Assembly (NCBI GenBank): GCA_965603825.1
Contig: CBFDEM010000023.1
Span: 636,636 to 700,635 of the forward strand
Direction: 5' to 3'
DNA length: 64,000 nucleotides
From: Blepharisma stoltei ATCC 30299
Taxonomy: Eukaryota; Protista; Ciliophora
Below the pieces are notes generated by a model. The model made no database searches. It saw only the letters and a program-made list of their open reading frames with translations, and was not told the DNA's origin. Of this stretch, positions 60,703 through 64,000 are shown in pieces. Position 1 is the first letter of the stretch. Every line of letters begins with the position of its first letter. A program made the position numbers and the translations under genes.

Positions 60703-62355
60703 ATTATTCAAACTCAAAATGGAATTTACTTTAGTAAACAAAAATAGTGCTTATATAAAAAATTTAATAATAAACTATTTCGATAAATTACCATTTATAT
60801 ATATTGTGGTCGATTATCAGAAATGAATTAGTTATTTATATAAGCTAAATTCTTATTTATAAATAACCTTTGAAAATTGACAGCTCAAAAATAAGTTTAT
60901 AATTAATTTTTCTTGCGTAATATATATCTGCCATAATTATTTTCCTCCACTACTCATAGCAAGTTAATGTTGAGACTTGGGGACTTGAACTATCAAAATT
61001 TATTTCATATAATAGTATTGGTAAATAATATTGCAAACAAATTCATTTATTTTTGATGAATTTTATGGATGGTTAAGATATTGGTGAAAATTTGCAAAAA
61101 ATAATTATATTTTTAAATTTTTGTCAAAAATGACATGGTTTTTCAAAAAAACTAAGCAATTAAAGATGCTGCTAACTATTCCATAACATTTTATGCATTC
61201 ATTCTTATATAACCTTGAGAATTATCTTTGCAAGAATGACGCACATCCCTCTATATCCTATTTGGCATTCTCTTAAATCATAAATCTTTCATCTGAATAG
61301 CCTAGACAGGCAGTTGGATACGGGGAGTTCCAAAATTTGCCTGCAATCATATTATCTCTTTAATTTCTTCTTTTGTAACTACTTTAAATGGCTTTCAACA
61401 AAATTTTTTTAGATTGATTAGTGAATTTTATATAAATGATTATATTTTACTCTCTAAGTTTCATTTTATAAACTTCGCCATTCAATCCAGGAAACACTTT
61501 ATTGAAGCTATTTATAGTAAAACCCTATATTGTGTAATTGCATAGCAAATGACTTGAGAAGGAAAAGCCAGGTTTGCAGTACAAAAATTTTTAGTATTTC
61601 TTCCATCAACTGCTTCAAAGCTTGAACATTTTCTTTTAAAAGCTTATTCAGAATGTTGATAACTACCAATTTTATATGTGTTGACGAAGTCTTATATAGT
61701 CTTATATAGTCTTCCTTAACTACCTATCTTTTTTCAGGATTCATGTTTTATAATTCCTTGGTAAAGATTAAAATGGTATGGCAAGGGGTGACCCAAGGAC
61801 CTAATGGCAAGAAAGGAGGATGGCGTTTAATGATGTGCATATAGCCAGGTTTTACTTGGGTTGATGGTATGCTGACATCTGGGCCAAGGTTTTACCCTGA
61901 GGAAGATGGGACTCAGAATTGGAATGAGATCAGCTAGGGAAATTATTTATACAAGAAAGAAAAGAATTGATGATTGTGTGAAAAGAGAAATGAAAGATTT
62001 TGTAAAGTTAGGCTTTGCCTTTCAGGATTCATCAAGAGGAAGACAGTTGAGAGTAAATTATAAATAATGGAGATTGTAAAATGAAAAGTGAAGTTTCATA
62101 GACTGAAGATATAGCAATATACAATAAAATTAGATTAGCTATGAGTGCTTTAAGCCATAAGGTTATACCTATTCTAAAGCAATCCAACCACTGGACACGA
62201 TGAAGTCTTACAAGAAGACTTCATCGCCCCCTTTGTGAGGAACAAAATGTTTGTTCGTTCACTCAAGGAAGCATGCTTTTACCACAAAAAATCGGTTATT
62301 CGTAGAGCTAGAAGAATTTTGATATAACTATGATATGAAAACTCATGAGCAAAAC

Positions 62356-62652
62356 CTATCGTAAATTAGGACAGATCGATTTTCTTAAGTTTCAGCCTTG
62401 TCTAAAAAATTTCATTATATTGCTCATTAATGTTATAGATCTGTAGTTATTGACTTCTTCTGGATCTCCTTTTCCTTTATAAATAAGTTTTGTCTTAGCT
62501 TCATTTGCTTCATCAGGAATACCTCTCAATCTACAACAGTTGAGAAAATGTCTAATAGCTTCTGCTAGGGTATCTCCACCTTTCTTAATAATTTCGTTAG
62601 TTATCTTATCTAGACCGGGAGCTTTTCTGTTGGGTAGACTCTTAATAATATT
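62356..62652 (-). mobile_element. Non-LTR (LINE-type) retrotransposon reverse transcriptase fragment
   Basis: NIIKSLPNRKAPGLDKITNEIIKKGG...GIPDEANEAKTKLIYKGKGDPEEVNNYRSITLMSNIMK matches LINE RT domains 0-2 (KAPGxD, IP, KKGD, NYRPI); no ATG start, and homology ends at about 62405. Confidence 0.88.
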
Positions 62653-62657
62653 CTACA

Positions 62658-62876
62658 AATTTATGAAGAAGATAATAATTAAATTTTTTAATATAATAAG
62701 TTTATGATATGATCGAGACTCATTTTCATTAATCTAATATTTTAATAGAAGTTTAGATATGGACAAACTAGATCCATTAATAATTTAATTCTTTTAGATA
62801 TTTTTCGTTAAGTATTTAGCTTAATTATTTCGAGGAACTGCTTGAAGTATAAAATAACTCACACACATATAAATTG
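62658..62876 (-). pseudogene. Inverted, diverged copy of the 3' end and 3' flank of the giant receptor gene (28309-28525), cut by the telomere
   Basis: The reverse complement CAATTTATATGTGTGTGAG.TATTTTATACTTCAAGCAGTTCCTCGAAATAATTAAGCTAAATAC... aligns over about 220 bp with scattered substitutions. Confidence 0.9.
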
Positions 62877-64000
62877 GGTGTTAGGGTGTTAGGGTGTTAG
62901 GGTGTTAGGGTGTTAGGGTGTTAGGGTGTTAGGGTGTTAGGGTGTTAGGGTGTTAGGGTGTTAGGGTGTTAGGGTGTTAGGGTGTTAGGGTGTTAGGGTG
63001 TTAGGGTGTTAGGGTGTTAGGGTGTTAGGGTGTTAGGGTGTTAGGGTGTTAGGGTGTTAGGGTGTTAGGGTGTTAGGGTGTTAGGGTGTTAGGGTGTTAG
63101 GGTGTTAGGGTGTTAGGGTGTTAGGGTGTTAGGGTGTTAGGGTGTTAGGGTGTTAGGGTGTTAGGGTGTTAGGGTGTTAGGGTGTTAGGGTGTTAGGGTG
63201 TTAGGGTGTTAGGGTGTTAGGGTGTTAGGGTGTTAGGGTGTTAGGGTGTTAGGGTGTTAGGGTGTTAGGGTGTTAGGGTGTTAGGGTGTTAGGGTGTTAG
63301 GGTGTTAGGGTGTTAGGGTGTTAGGGTGTTAGGGTGTTAGGGTGTTAGGGTGTTAGGGTGTTAGGGTGTTAGGGTGTTAGGGTGTTAGGGTGTTAGGGTG
63401 TTAGGGTGTTAGGGTGTTAGGGTGTTAGGGTGTTAGGGTGTTAGGGTGTTAGGGTGTTAGGGTGTTAGGGTGTTAGGGTGTTAGGGTGTTAGGGTGTTAG
63501 GGTGTTAGGGTGTTAGGGTGTTAGGGTGTTAGGGTGTTAGGGTGTTAGGGTGTTAGGGTGTTAGGGGTGTTAGGGTGTTAGGGTGTTAGGGTGTTAGGGT
63601 GTTAGGGTGTTAGGGTGTTAGGGTGTTAGGGTGTTAGGGTGTTAGGGTGTTAGGGTGTTAGGGTGTTAGGGTGTTAGGGTGTTAGGGTGTTAGGGTGTTA
63701 GGGTGTTAGGGTGTTAGGGTGTTAGGGTGTTAGGGTGTTAGGGTGTTAGGGTGTTAGGGTGTTAGGGTGTTAGGGTGTTAGGGTGTTAGGGTGTTAGGGT
63801 GTTAGGGTGTTAGGGTGTTAGGGTGTTAGGGTGTTAGGGTGTTAGGGTGTTAGGGTGTTAGGGTGTTAGGGTGTTAGGGTGTTAGGGTGTTAGGGTGTTA
63901 GGGTGTTAGGGTGTTAGGGTGTTAGGGTGTTAGGGTGTTAGGGTGTTAGGGTGTTAGGGGTTAGGGTGTTAGGGTGTTAGGGTGTTAGGGTGTGTTAGGG
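62876..64000 (+). repeat. Telomere (TGTTAGGG)n / (CCCTAACA)n
   Basis: About 140 near-perfect 8-mers, G-rich strand running toward the end; this is the heterotrich telomere unit. Confidence 0.98.

Noticed and set aside
60703-60794. Extra 5' exon joined by a 17-nt intron (GTAAATTCCATTTTGAG)
   Set aside because: It is outside the 15-16 nt class, lacks A at -6, and the exon looks like AT-rich leader.
61688-61713. AGTCTTATAT x2.6 mini-repeat as an IES excision scar
   Set aside because: Too short; simple slippage explains it.
62876-64000. Repeat array as CRISPR or satellite
   Set aside because: There are no spacers; it is a terminal G-rich 8-mer matching the heterotrich telomere unit.

Overview
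AT-rich, gene-dense eukaryotic DNA: the right-hand end of a heterotrich ciliate somatic (macronuclear) chromosome, Blepharisma-like. Three signatures support this. (1) In-frame TGA falls on conserved Trp positions (VCKH*L, DM*S, LP*, V*IDLE), so TGA=Trp and only TAA/TAG stop; the supplied ORF track therefore fragments many genes. (2) Introns are 15-16 nt (GTA...A at -6...AG). (3) About 1.1 kb of (TGTTAGGG)n telomere closes the window. Re-reading gives about 30 genes: CPSF30 with a YTH domain, a CDPK pseudokinase, DPM2, ACSBG-like acyl-CoA synthetase, a cluster of Cys-rich secreted genes and pseudogenes, a 2752-aa polycystin-1/GAIN-like receptor, a granulin protein, a SET protein with a signal-like N-terminus, CK1, CDK7, a CCCH zinc finger-Schlafen fusion, NOC3, SART3/Prp24, DnaJ, CDPK, CAMKK, oligoribonuclease, a degenerate glycogen debranching enzyme with an inserted CBM, a three-CHHC-finger GTSF1-like protein and two RING/B-box proteins. 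The subtelomere holds non-LTR retrotransposon debris and a telomere-truncated paralog of the giant receptor. Best candidates for new biology are the CCCH-Schlafen RNase, a PEXEL-like RxLQ[E/D] processing motif, the GAIN receptor and CPSF30-YTH. All assignments come from manual translation and motif recognition; no searches were run.
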